Shown here: positions 27,643-36,515 of the stretch, piece after piece
Layout: every line of letters starts with the position of its first letter
Numbering within the stretch: the stretch's first letter is position 1
Source of the DNA: Rhizobacter sp.
Lineage (GTDB): Bacteria; Pseudomonadota; Gammaproteobacteria; Burkholderiales; Burkholderiaceae_C
Length of the DNA: 64,000 nucleotides
Assembly: GCA_019635355.1 (NCBI GenBank)
Contig: JAHBZQ010000001.1
Location: 4,257,220-4,321,219, forward strand
Direction of reading: 5' to 3'
The notes under the pieces: model-generated
Databases searched by the model: none
What the model saw: the letters and a program-made list of their open reading frames with translations, nothing else
Told to the model about the DNA's origin: nothing
Position numbers and translations under genes: made by a program

Positions 27643-29865
27643 CTAACGGGCAGTGGAAGAGGAGAGCAGCACCTCGCGGCGCGGCAGGAGCAGGGTGAAG
27701 GTGGCGCCGCGGTCGGGTGCACCTTCGGCGCTGACGGTGCCTCCGTGGCGCTCGACGATGCGGCGCACGCTCGCGAGGCCGATGCCGGTGCCTTCGAACT
27801 CCTCGACCTGGTGCAGCCGCTGGAAGACGCCGAAGAGCTTGTTCACGTACTTCATGTCGAAGCCCACGCCGTTGTCGATGACCGCGAGGCCATCGCCTTC
27901 CGGGGTGCTCACGGCGCGCAGGGTGATCTCGGGCGCCTCGCGCGTGCGGCTGTACTTGACGGCGTTGCCAACCAGGTTGCGCACGGCCACCTGCATCAGC
28001 AGTGCGTCGCCCCAGAGCGTGGCGAAGGGGCCTTCGACGTGCCAGCGGATGCGCCCCGACTGCGGCGCGTCGAATTCGCGCACGAGGTCGCCGACCAGCG
28101 CGCCGAGGTTGATGTCGACCCGGCGCAGCGCCGAGCGGCCCATGCGCGAGAACTCGAGCAGCGCGTCGACCAGCTCGCCCGCGTAGGCCGCCGCATCCTT
28201 CACATGCGCCAGGTAGCGCTTGGAGCGGTCTCCGAGCTGTTCGCCGTCGAGCACCAGGTCGACGTAACCCGCGATGTGGCGCATCGGCGCGCGCAGGTCG
28301 TGCGACACGGTGTACGAGAACGCTTCGAGTTCCTTGTTGACGCGGCCGAGCTCGGTGGCCACTTCGGCCAGCTCTTCCGCTCGGCGCAGCACGATGCCGA
28401 TCAGCGCCTGCCGCAGCTCGAGCGCGGCACCCAGCTCACCGGGCGTCCAGTCGAGCGAGCGGCCGCGCAGCTCTTCGCGCCAGGTGGCGAAGCTGCGGCG
28501 CGGGTGCAGGCGGCCGTCGCCATTCGGGTCGACGTTCTTGCGTGGGTCTCCGGCCCAGTGGATCTCCTGCACCACCTCGGGCCGGAACCACAGGATGTAC
28601 TGCCGGTGCACCTGCGAGATCGAGAGGGCGAGCAGGCCGGAGGCGATGCGGGTGTGGCCCGCCATCGGCGGGCACAGCGCGGGCAGCCGCGCGGTGTGGA
28701 AGGCGTCGGTGGTGCGCGGCCCGAGCCATTCGACGAGCTGTTGCAGGCTGGCGTCGTCGGGCACGTCGCCCACCGTCCAGCACTCGTCGTTGAGCACCAC
28801 CGCCGCACCGCTCGCGCGCGCGATGCGCAGCAGCAGGCCCGGGTGGTCGACCAGGCGCTGCAGCGTGGCGTCGCTGTCGGCCAGGTGTGCCACCAGCGCA
28901 AGCGTGAGCTGGCGCAACTCGGCCTCTTGCGAGATGCGGGCGTTGTCTTCCTTGGCCTCGATCTGCAGCGAGAGCAGCTGGCCCAGGTGCTCGCAGGCCA
29001 TGCGGGTGGCGTAGTCGAGCTGGCGCGGGTTGTGGTCGTGCACCGAGATCAGCCCCCACAGCTCGCCGCGCACCATGATCGAGACCGAGCTCGACGCGAG
29101 CGTGCCCATGTTGCGCATGTATTCCAGGTGCACCGGCGAGACGCTGCGCAGCTGCAGCAGCGACATGTCGAGCGGCTTGTCGGCCCAGGCGGGTGAGACG
29201 ACCCGCACCGGCACCGGGGTGTAGTTCGCGTCGGCGATGAGGCGGAAGCGGTTGACCTTGTACAGCTCGCGCGCCTGCGGCGGGATGTCGGAGCCGGGAA
29301 AGTGGTGGCCGAGGTAGGAGTCGTAGCCGGCGTCGCGCGCCTCGGCCAGCACGGCACCGTGGCCCTCGGCATCGAACGAGTAGACAAGGCAGCGGCCGAA
29401 GCCCGTGAGCTGCTTCATCGACATCGCGGCCAGCTGGCACAGCGCCTCGACCGTCTGCGCCTCCTGCATGCGCGGCAGCAGCTGGCGGGTGAGCACATAG
29501 ATGGGCGCGCGTGCGCCCGGCTCGTCGGCCTGCGCTTCGAGTTCGACGTGGAGCAGGCCGTCGCGCAGATGGGCGCTCGCATGCAAATGGCGCCCGCCCA
29601 CGCGCATGGAGCCGAGCGATGACGAGCCGTCATTGCGCGAGAGGTCGGCGAGCTCGACGTCCAGGTCGGCGAACACGTCTTCGATGCGGTGGGTGAGGTC
29701 GGGCGAGTCACCCAGCAGTTGTGTCCAGTTCTCGCTGTAGGCGACGAGGGCGCGGGAACGCGCATCGAGCGAAACCATCCAGCCGTGTGGCTGGATCGCC
29801 CCCGGCACGCGGATCGGCTCACGCGCGCAGTGCGCGAGGTCGAGCGAGGTGATGGACTCGCTCAT
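27643..29865 (-). CDS. bphP: Bacteriophytochrome PAS-GAF-PHY-HisKA-HATPase
   Basis: True start MSESITSLDLAHCAREPIRVPGAIQPHG with the biliverdin-binding Cys; SDIP motif; SPVHLEYMRNM; PRRSF tongue; HDLRAP H-box. Confidence 0.96.
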   Translation of the reverse strand: MSESITSLDLAHCAREPIRVPGAIQPHGWMVSLDARSRALVAYSENWTQLLGDSPDLTHRIEDVFADLDVELADLSRNDGSSSLGSMRVGGRHLHASAHLRDGLLHVELEAQADEPGARAPIYVLTRQLLPRMQEAQTVEALCQLAAMSMKQLTGFGRCLVYSFDAEGHGAVLAEARDAGYDSYLGHHFPGSDIPPQARELYKVNRFRLIADANYTPVPVRVVSPAWADKPLDMSLLQLRSVSPVHLEYMRNMGTLASSSVSIMVRGELWGLISVHDHNPRQLDYATRMACEHLGQLLSLQIEAKEDNARISQEAELRQLTLALVAHLADSDATLQRLVDHPGLLLRIARASGAAVVLNDECWTVGDVPDDASLQQLVEWLGPRTTDAFHTARLPALCPPMAGHTRIASGLLALSISQVHRQYILWFRPEVVQEIHWAGDPRKNVDPNGDGRLHPRRSFATWREELRGRSLDWTPGELGAALELRQALIGIVLRRAEELAEVATELGRVNKELEAFSYTVSHDLRAPMRHIAGYVDLVLDGEQLGDRSKRYLAHVKDAAAYAGELVDALLEFSRMGRSALRRVDINLGALVGDLVREFDAPQSGRIRWHVEGPFATLWGDALLMQVAVRNLVGNAVKYSRTREAPEITLRAVSTPEGDGLAVIDNGVGFDMKYVNKLFGVFQRLHQVEEFEGTGIGLASVRRIVERHGGTVSAEGAPDRGATFTLLLPRREVLLSSSTAR

Positions 29866-30512
29866 GCCGGCAGCCCGTCGAACACCTCGCACAAGGCGGC
29901 GAAGGTGCGCTGCGCGCTGTGGCAGGCGCTGCGGGCCGCGGCGTCGTCGGCGCCGAGTTCGTGGGCGATGACCTCTCGGAACTCGCGCCACATCGCCGCG
30001 GTGGCCGGCCCGTGGCCGTGGAAATAGCGGGCGCCGTGGGAGGGCGTGAGGCCGAGGTGCTGCTTGAGCAGCGGGGTGATGACCTGCCCGCCGAGGGCGG
30101 AGCCTTCGATCACGTACATCGAGCCGAGCGCTCCGGCCACATCGGCCATCGGGATGCTGCGCACGGCACGCTCGGCGGCGTGGGCCAGGTGCGGGGTATG
30201 CGGCCCGCCGAGCTGGCGCAGGTCGTCGGCGGCAAAGCCACTGCGCTTGCGCTTGGCACACCAGTCGCGCAGATGGGCGGGCAGGGCGGCGGCCACACGC
30301 GGCTCCCAGCGCCAGAGGAATTCATGGAAGCCCGCCATGACGCCCGCATAACGGGCTGCGCTCATGGGGTGCGTGAGCCGCAGCACCGACTCGATGCGCG
30401 TGTGCTCGGTGCGGGTCTTCTCTCGCAACTCCTTCAACAGCCCTGCTTCAATGCCCAATGAGGCGGCTCCCAATCGAGAACAAAAGTGCGCTGATTCTGG
30501 AGGAGCAGCCAT
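29862..30512 (-). CDS. bphO: Biliverdin-producing heme oxygenase
   Basis: LREKTRTEHTRIE (proximal His) and LGSMYVIEGSALGGQVI; ATGA overlap with bphP; exact start uncertain. Confidence 0.92.
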   Translation of the reverse strand: MAAPPESAHFCSRLGAASLGIEAGLLKELREKTRTEHTRIESVLRLTHPMSAARYAGVMAGFHEFLWRWEPRVAAALPAHLRDWCAKRKRSGFAADDLRQLGGPHTPHLAHAAERAVRSIPMADVAGALGSMYVIEGSALGGQVITPLLKQHLGLTPSHGARYFHGHGPATAAMWREFREVIAHELGADDAAARSACHSAQRTFAALCEVFDGLPA

Positions 30513-30627
30513 GCCCCTGCGCGGCAGTCCAGCTTGCAAAAATTACCGATGGGTAGGTGCTTTCCCACAGCGGAATCGGGTGTTGCAGACTGGCGCGCGC
30601 GCAGGCGGGCCTCTTAGCCTTGCGTGC

Positions 30628-31485
30628 ATGGCAACCGCATCGCGATCACTGTGGAAAGGCGCCATCAGCTTCGGGCTGGTGCACATCCCCGTGAGCCTGC
30701 ATTCGGCGTCCACCGAAAGCGGGGTCGACTTCGACTGGCTCGACAAACGCAGCATGGACCCGGTCGGCTACAAGCGCATCAACAAGCGCACCGGCCGTGA
30801 AATCACCAAGGAAAACATCGTCAAGGGCATCGAGTACGAGAACGAGAAGTACGTGCTGCTCAGCGACGAGGAAATCGAGGCGGTGTACCCGCGCTCCACC
30901 CAGGCCATCGAGATCGAGGCCTTCGTCTCGATGAGCGAGATCCCGTTCGTTTACCTCGACCGGCCCTATTACCTGGCGCCTGTGGCGAAGGGCCAGAAGG
31001 TCTATGCGCTGCTGCGCGAGGCGCTGGTGCGCAGCGAGCGCGTGGGCCTGGCGCGGGTGGTGATCCACACCAAGCAGCACCTGGCAGCGCTCGTGCCGGC
31101 CGGGCCGGCGCTGGTGCTCAACCTCTTGCGCTGGAGCGACGAGATCCGCACCTGGGAAGACCTGGCGTTGCCAAAGGAAGGCGCGAAGGCCAACCACCTC
31201 ACCGAGCGTGAGCTCGAGATGGCCGGCCAGCTGATCGACGACATGACGGTGGCCTTCGACCCTTCGCAGTTCTCCGACCGCTTCAAGGAGCAGGTGATGG
31301 CGCTCGTGGAGCGCAAGGTCGAAGCCGGCGAGACGGAGACGGTGCTCGAGCCCGAGGAGCAACCCCTGCCGAAGGATGCCAAGGGCGCCGACGTGGTCGA
31401 CCTCACGGCCCTGCTGCAGGAGAGCCTGAAGGGCCGTGGCGAGCACAAGCACAAGGCCGCTCCGAGAAAGAAGAAGGCCGCCTGA
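30628..31485 (+). CDS. ku: Non-homologous end-joining protein Ku
   Basis: WKGAISFGLVHIPV, IVKGIEYE, IEIEAFV, YLDRPYYL and VVDLTALLQESL; basic tail. Confidence 0.96.
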   Translation: MATASRSLWKGAISFGLVHIPVSLHSASTESGVDFDWLDKRSMDPVGYKRINKRTGREITKENIVKGIEYENEKYVLLSDEEIEAVYPRSTQAIEIEAFVSMSEIPFVYLDRPYYLAPVAKGQKVYALLREALVRSERVGLARVVIHTKQHLAALVPAGPALVLNLLRWSDEIRTWEDLALPKEGAKANHLTERELEMAGQLIDDMTVAFDPSQFSDRFKEQVMALVERKVEAGETETVLEPEEQPLPKDAKGADVVDLTALLQESLKGRGEHKHKAAPRKKKAA

Positions 31486-31494
31486 GGACGCACC

Positions 31495-33993
31495 ATGGGC
31501 ACCAGCAGCCTCGCCACCTACCAGCGCAAGCGCAACTTCGGCGCCACGCCGGAACCGGCAGGCGAAGTGGTGGCCTCGGGCGACGAGCTCAGCTTCGTCA
31601 TCCAGAAGCACGCGGCACGACGGCTGCATTACGACTTCCGGCTCGAACTCGATGGCACGCTCAAAAGCTGGGCCGTGCCCAAGGGCCCGAGCCTCGACCC
31701 GCATGACAAGCGCATGGCGGTGCAGGTGGAAGACCACCCGCTGTCGTATGGCGGCTTCGAGGGCACGATCCCCGAAGGCCACTACGGCGCCGGCTCGGTG
31801 ATCGTGTGGGACCGCGGCACCTGGGTGCCGCTTGGCGACCCGCGCAAGGGCTACCGCGAGGGCAAGCTCAAGTTCGAGCTCAAGGGCGAGAAGCTGCACG
31901 GTGGCTTCACGCTCGTGCGCATGAAGTCGCGTGAGAACGAGCGACAGGTGCCGTGGCTGCTCATCAAGGAGCACGACGACGAAGCGCGGTCGGCGAGCGA
32001 GTTCGACGTGATCGAGGCGCTGCCCGACAGCGTGCTGGCCGGCAGGAAGAAGCGCCCCGTCGCGGCCAAGGCACCGGCGAAGTCGCCCGCCAAAGCTCGG
32101 CGCAACGCGAAAGCCGAGCTGCCGCTCTCGCTCACGCCGCAGCTGGCCACGCTGGTCGACGACATCCCGCCCGGCGACGACTGGCTCTACGAGATCAAGT
32201 TCGACGGCTACCGCGTCGTCACGCGCATCGATGGCGACGACGTGCGCTGCTTCACCCGCAAAGGGCACGACTGGTCGCACCGATTGCCCACGCTCGTGAA
32301 GGCGATCCGTGCGCTTGGCATCGGCTGGGGGTGGCTCGACGGCGAGATCGTCGTCGCAGGCCCCAAGGGCACGCCCGATTTCCAGCTGCTGCAGAACGCG
32401 TTCGATGCGCAGCGCACGCAAGACATCCAGTACTACGTGTTCGACCTGCCATTCCACGACGGCGAAGACCTGCGCGAGCGGCCCTTGAGCGAGCGGCGCG
32501 AGCGCTTGCAATCGCTGCTGGCAGGACACACGGGCGGCACAGTGCAGTTCAGCGCGTCGTTCGACGCCGACCCGCGCGAGCTGCTCGCCTCGGCTCGCGA
32601 CGCCGGCCTCGAAGGGCTGATCGGCAAGCGTGCGTCGGCCACCTATCACTCGCGCCGCTCGGCCGACTGGGTCAAGCTCAAGCTCGGCCAGCGGCAGGAG
32701 TTCGTGATCGGCGGCTTCACCGACCCCAAGGGTTCGCGCGCGGGCATCGGCGCGTTGCTGATCGGCGTGCACGATGCCGAGGGGAAGCTGCGCTACGCCG
32801 GCAACGTGGGCACCGGGTTCGACGACAAGACGCTGCTCGCGCTGCGCCAGCAGCTCGACGAGATCGAGACGACGACGAGCCCCTACACCGATGGGCCCGC
32901 ACGCGTCGGCACGGTCAAGCTCGTGAAGCCGCATTGGGTGAAGCCCAAGCTCATCGCCGAGGTGGCGTTTGCCGAGTGGACGAAGAGCGGGCATGTGCGC
33001 CAGGCGGTCTTCCACGGCCTGCGCAGCGACAAGCCGCCGGAGCGCATCACGAAGGAAGTCGCCAGGCACATGGAGAAAGCACCTGCCAACAAGGCGCTGC
33101 CGAAAGACTTCCGCGTGACGCACCCGGAGCGTGTGGTCGACAAGCGCACCGGCGTCACCAAGGGCGAGCTCATCGCGTATTGCGCGCAAGTGGCCGAGCT
33201 GATGCTGCCGCACCTGAAGCAGCGGCCGGTCTCGCTGCTGCGCGCGCCCGATGGCGTGGACGGGCAGTTCTTCTTCCAGAAGCACGCCGAGAAGAAGAGC
33301 TTTCCGAACATCGAGGTCCTCGACCGGGCGTTGTACCCGTCGCACGACCCGTTGCTCGCGATCGGCACGCCGCTCGCGCTGCTGTCGGCCGCGCAGATGA
33401 ACGTGCTGGAGTTCCACACCTGGAACGCCACCACGCGCGCAATGGACCGGCCCGACCGCATGGTGTTCGACCTCGACCCCGGCGAGGGCGTGGGCTGGCC
33501 GCAGGTGCTGGAAGCTGCGCAGCTGGTGCATGCGCTGCTGGAGGAGATCGGCCTCGTGGGCTTCCTGAAGACGAGCGGCGGCAAGGGCCTGCACGTGGTG
33601 GTGCCGCTCGCGCCCAAGTACGACTGGGACACGGTGAAAGACTTCTCGCAGGCCATCGTGGCGCACATGGCCTCGGTGATCCCCGATCGCTTCGTTGCGA
33701 AGAGCGGGCCGAAGAATCGCGTCGGCCGCATCTTCATCGACTACCTGCGCAACGGGCTCGGCGCGACCACGGTGTGTGCGTGGTCGGCCCGTGCGCGGCC
33801 GGGGCTGGGCGTCTCGGTGCCGGTGACGTGGGATGAGCTCGCGGGCCTGAAGAGCGGCGCGCAGTGGACGGTTGAGAACGTGGCCGAGCGACTGGCCGTC
33901 GGCAACACCCCGTGGGCCGACTACGCGAAGACGAAGCAGAGCCTGGTGAAGCCGATGAAGGCGATGGGCTTCGATCCGAAGGCGGTGCGATGA
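31495..33993 (+). CDS. ligD: ATP-dependent DNA ligase D (phosphoesterase-ligase-polymerase)
   Basis: YQRKRNF, QKHAARRLHYDFRLE (PE); EIKFDGYR, EGLIGKR (LIG); THPERV, DLDPG, KTSGGKGLH, IDYLRN (POL). Confidence 0.97.
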   Translation: MGTSSLATYQRKRNFGATPEPAGEVVASGDELSFVIQKHAARRLHYDFRLELDGTLKSWAVPKGPSLDPHDKRMAVQVEDHPLSYGGFEGTIPEGHYGAGSVIVWDRGTWVPLGDPRKGYREGKLKFELKGEKLHGGFTLVRMKSRENERQVPWLLIKEHDDEARSASEFDVIEALPDSVLAGRKKRPVAAKAPAKSPAKARRNAKAELPLSLTPQLATLVDDIPPGDDWLYEIKFDGYRVVTRIDGDDVRCFTRKGHDWSHRLPTLVKAIRALGIGWGWLDGEIVVAGPKGTPDFQLLQNAFDAQRTQDIQYYVFDLPFHDGEDLRERPLSERRERLQSLLAGHTGGTVQFSASFDADPRELLASARDAGLEGLIGKRASATYHSRRSADWVKLKLGQRQEFVIGGFTDPKGSRAGIGALLIGVHDAEGKLRYAGNVGTGFDDKTLLALRQQLDEIETTTSPYTDGPARVGTVKLVKPHWVKPKLIAEVAFAEWTKSGHVRQAVFHGLRSDKPPERITKEVARHMEKAPANKALPKDFRVTHPERVVDKRTGVTKGELIAYCAQVAELMLPHLKQRPVSLLRAPDGVDGQFFFQKHAEKKSFPNIEVLDRALYPSHDPLLAIGTPLALLSAAQMNVLEFHTWNATTRAMDRPDRMVFDLDPGEGVGWPQVLEAAQLVHALLEEIGLVGFLKTSGGKGLHVVVPLAPKYDWDTVKDFSQAIVAHMASVIPDRFVAKSGPKNRVGRIFIDYLRNGLGATTVCAWSARARPGLGVSVPVTWDELAGLKSGAQWTVENVAERLAVGNTPWADYAKTKQSLVKPMKAMGFDPKAVR

Positions 33994-35039
33994 GGGCTGT
34001 GGTGAATCCCTTCGAATCCGAGGCACCGCCGGGGCTGCGCTACGTGAGCGACACCATGCCCGGCATACGCCGGCTGCGCGACGGCGACGGCTTCCGCTAC
34101 CGCGATGCCAAGGGCCGGCTGCTGCGCAACGCAAAGGAGCTGCAGCGCATCCGCAAGCTCGCCATCCCGCCCGCCTACGAAGAGGTGTGGATCTGCCCGC
34201 TGCCCGAAGGCCACCTGCAGGCCACCGGCCGCGACGCGCGTGGCCGGAAGCAGTACCGCTACCACCCCGACTGGCGCGAAGCGCGCGACGCACACAAGTT
34301 CGAGCGCATGCGCGAGTTCGGCCAGGCGCTGCCGCGCATCCGTGCCAAGGTGAAGCGCGATCTGGCGGCACCGGTGGGCAGCCGCGCATCGGTGCTCGCG
34401 GCGCTGGTGCGACTGCTCGACACCACGCTCGTGCGCATCGGCAACGACGAATACGCGCGCGAGAACGGCTCCTTCGGCCTCACCACCTTGCGCAACAAGC
34501 ACGCGGCGGTGAAAGGCGCGACGCTGCACTTGCGCTTTCGCGGCAAGAGTGGCGTGTGGCACGAGCTCACGCTCGAAGACCCGCAGGTCGCGCGCATCGT
34601 GCGCGCCTGCCAGGCGATGCCGGGCCAGGAACTCTTCCAGTACGAAGACGACAAGGGCGAGACACGCTGCGTCGGCTCGGCCGACGTCAACGAATACATC
34701 AAGGTCTTGAGCGGCGCCGACTTCACCGCGAAGGACTTCCGCACCTGGCACGCGAGCGTGCATGCGCTCGCGCGGCTGTGCGCTTTGCCGGTCACCGGGC
34801 CGGTGAGCCGAAAGCGGGCGAACGAGGTCTTGCGGGAAGTGGCCGGACTGCTGGGCAACACGCTCGCGGTGTGCCGCAAGTCGTATGTGCACCCGGGGGT
34901 GATGGCGGTCGCGACGCAGCGCGGCGTCGAGGCCCTGGCGGGTGGGGCGTTGAAACGCTGCCGGGGCCTGACGGTGGCCGAGTGCCGGCTGCTGGCCTTC
35001 CTGTCAGCGCAACCGGGGCCCGTGGAGGAGCCCCGGTAG
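33990..35039 (+). CDS. Bacterial (poxvirus-like) DNA topoisomerase IB
   Basis: IPPAYEEVWIC, GRDARGRKQYRYH, RIGNDEY, FRGKSG, KDFRTW and GNTLAVCRKSYVHP (catalytic Tyr); ATG overlaps the ligD TGA. Confidence 0.95.
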   Translation: MRAVVNPFESEAPPGLRYVSDTMPGIRRLRDGDGFRYRDAKGRLLRNAKELQRIRKLAIPPAYEEVWICPLPEGHLQATGRDARGRKQYRYHPDWREARDAHKFERMREFGQALPRIRAKVKRDLAAPVGSRASVLAALVRLLDTTLVRIGNDEYARENGSFGLTTLRNKHAAVKGATLHLRFRGKSGVWHELTLEDPQVARIVRACQAMPGQELFQYEDDKGETRCVGSADVNEYIKVLSGADFTAKDFRTWHASVHALARLCALPVTGPVSRKRANEVLREVAGLLGNTLAVCRKSYVHPGVMAVATQRGVEALAGGALKRCRGLTVAECRLLAFLSAQPGPVEEPR

Positions 35040-35044
35040 GCCGA

Positions 35045-35320
35045 TCAGGCGGCGGCCGTCGTGGTGGACGAGGAGGAGGGCGACAGCTTGGCGCGTGCCG
35101 CTTCTTCGGCCTCCTTGCAGGACGGGGCGCACACATGTTGCGCCTTGCCCAGCAGGCGGCGGGTCTTCAGGGTGTTGCGGGGGCGATGCTTGCCGCACAG
35201 GAAGCACGACATGGTCCCGGCCTGGAAGTCACCCGCACTCGCGAACGGCGAGCCGCCTTCCTTGACCTTGTAACGCAGCCCATCGGCCTGGATCTTGGTT
35301 TTGACGACGTCTTTTGCCAA
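35045..35320 (-). CDS. Small hypothetical Cys-rich protein (possible Zn ribbon), 91 aa
   Basis: TTG start at 35320 with GAGGAAG RBS; SCFLCGKHR...HVCAPSCKE. Confidence 0.75.
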   Translation of the reverse strand: MAKDVVKTKIQADGLRYKVKEGGSPFASAGDFQAGTMSCFLCGKHRPRNTLKTRRLLGKAQHVCAPSCKEAEEAARAKLSPSSSSTTTAAA

Positions 35321-35659
35321 AGTAACTTCCTCAATTGGTTGAAAACGCAAACCCTGTATTGTCCTGCGATCTCGGTCGACGCGCACGCCTAGGGTGAAAC
35401 AAAGCATCCGCGCAGCGCCGAGAAGATTGGATTGTCCAGGCTTGACGCCCAGTATGCAAACGCCAACTCACCGGGAAGGCGAGGCCAGGCACTGGCGATA
35501 ACCCTTAGATCCACGGCGCCGGCATGGTTCCGCAGGCGGGCCCGCCCGGAGCGCGCCGCCGTCTTTGACGCCCGCAAGGGCCCGTTTGCAGGCGTTTCAG
35601 GGGTTCCCTTGGAGAGCCGATTGCCGCTACACCTGGAGCCGAGACGACATGGAGGCGCC

Positions 35660-36076
35660 ATGCAGTACCTCAGGCCCAGGTGCAGGGCTGTTTGCACCCT
35701 GTCTGCCCTGTGCGGGCTGCTGAGCACCGCCGCGGCTCAGCAGGCGACCGTCACAGCCGGCCACACGGTGATCGACAACTGCGTGACCACGGCCCGGCTC
35801 TCGTTCAAGGCCGGCGTCAACGGCATCGTGCTCGATGAGCGCGACGGCGCCGAGGTGGCGGCGAGCATCGTGCGCCGTTACCCGATGATCGAGCGCGATG
35901 GCCTGTACCCCACGGCGGTGGCCCTGTGGCGGCCGCCCAAAGGCGAATGGGTCTACGCCACGCTGTCGCAGAAGGCGCATGCGCCGCACGCGGCCTGCTT
36001 CACGGCGAACGTCGATGCCTCGAAGGTCGACGCGACGCCCACGCTGATCCGCAAATACTTCAGCCCGGCGCCTTGA
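35660..36076 (+). CDS. Hypothetical secreted protein
   Basis: GGAGG RBS before the ATG at 35660; signal peptide ending AAAQ; no recognisable domain. Confidence 0.7.
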   Translation: MQYLRPRCRAVCTLSALCGLLSTAAAQQATVTAGHTVIDNCVTTARLSFKAGVNGIVLDERDGAEVAASIVRRYPMIERDGLYPTAVALWRPPKGEWVYATLSQKAHAPHAACFTANVDASKVDATPTLIRKYFSPAP

Positions 36077-36512
36077 TCTGGGCCGCCTGGGCTTCCGCCT
36101 GCACCCGACCGCACGCGCGCACGATGCGCCAGTGCGCAAGCGCCACGGCGCCGGCCTTGCCGACGCCCCAGCCGAGCACCCAGCCGAGCGCGACCTCGGC
36201 CACCCAGGCACCGAGCGCCGGGATGGACTCGACACCCGCCGGCTCGATGGGGAAGAACATGGCGAGGCCGGTGAAGGCGATCGCCGTCCACAAGGCCGTC
36301 CAGCCGCCACTGCGGCCGAGCTGGCGGTTGATGACACGCTCGAAGTGCTCGTTGCGCGCGGAGCGCAGCCCGGGCACGCGCAGCGTCACGCGCAGGCGCG
36401 GCAGCTTCCAGCGCTTGTTGATCGACTGACGGAAGGCGTCGAGATCAGCGAGTGAGTCGATCGCCAGCGTGCGGGGCGGCGGGATGCGGCGTACCGCGTG
36501 CTTGGTCGCCAC
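36060..36512 (-). CDS. Hypothetical 2-TM membrane protein
   Basis: GTG start 3 bp after the tandem-TetR stop; two hydrophobic helices. Confidence 0.65.
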   Translation of the reverse strand: MATKHAVRRIPPPRTLAIDSLADLDAFRQSINKRWKLPRLRVTLRVPGLRSARNEHFERVINRQLGRSGGWTALWTAIAFTGLAMFFPIEPAGVESIPALGAWVAEVALGWVLGWGVGKAGAVALAHWRIVRACGRVQAEAQAAQIKAPG

Positions 36513-36515
36513 CGG

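Noticed and set aside
27643-30261. 872-aa version of BphP, and N-terminally extended ORF-track versions of DctP (to 4161), Ku (from 30364), GNAT (to 56985), AT3 (to 60233) and crotonase (to 61015)
   Set aside because: The extensions are low-complexity read-through into neighbouring genes in another frame. Family N-termini, RBSs and start/stop overlaps give the shorter starts, so these are not real fusions.
30646-34389. 1247-aa ORF on the minus strand, and similar long ORFs at 36498-39083 (+), 60595-63468 (+), 27346-29196 (+) and 6433-8199 (-)
   Set aside because: These are antisense shadows of well-supported genes, expected in high-GC coding DNA. They have no recognisable motifs and show Arg/Ala/Gly/His-biased composition.
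33990-35039. TopIB could be mistaken for a tyrosine recombinase marking a mobile element
   Set aside because: The motifs (GRDARGRKQYRY, KDFRTW, CRKSYVHP) are TopIB-specific. There are no att-like repeats, tRNA or compositional shift around it.
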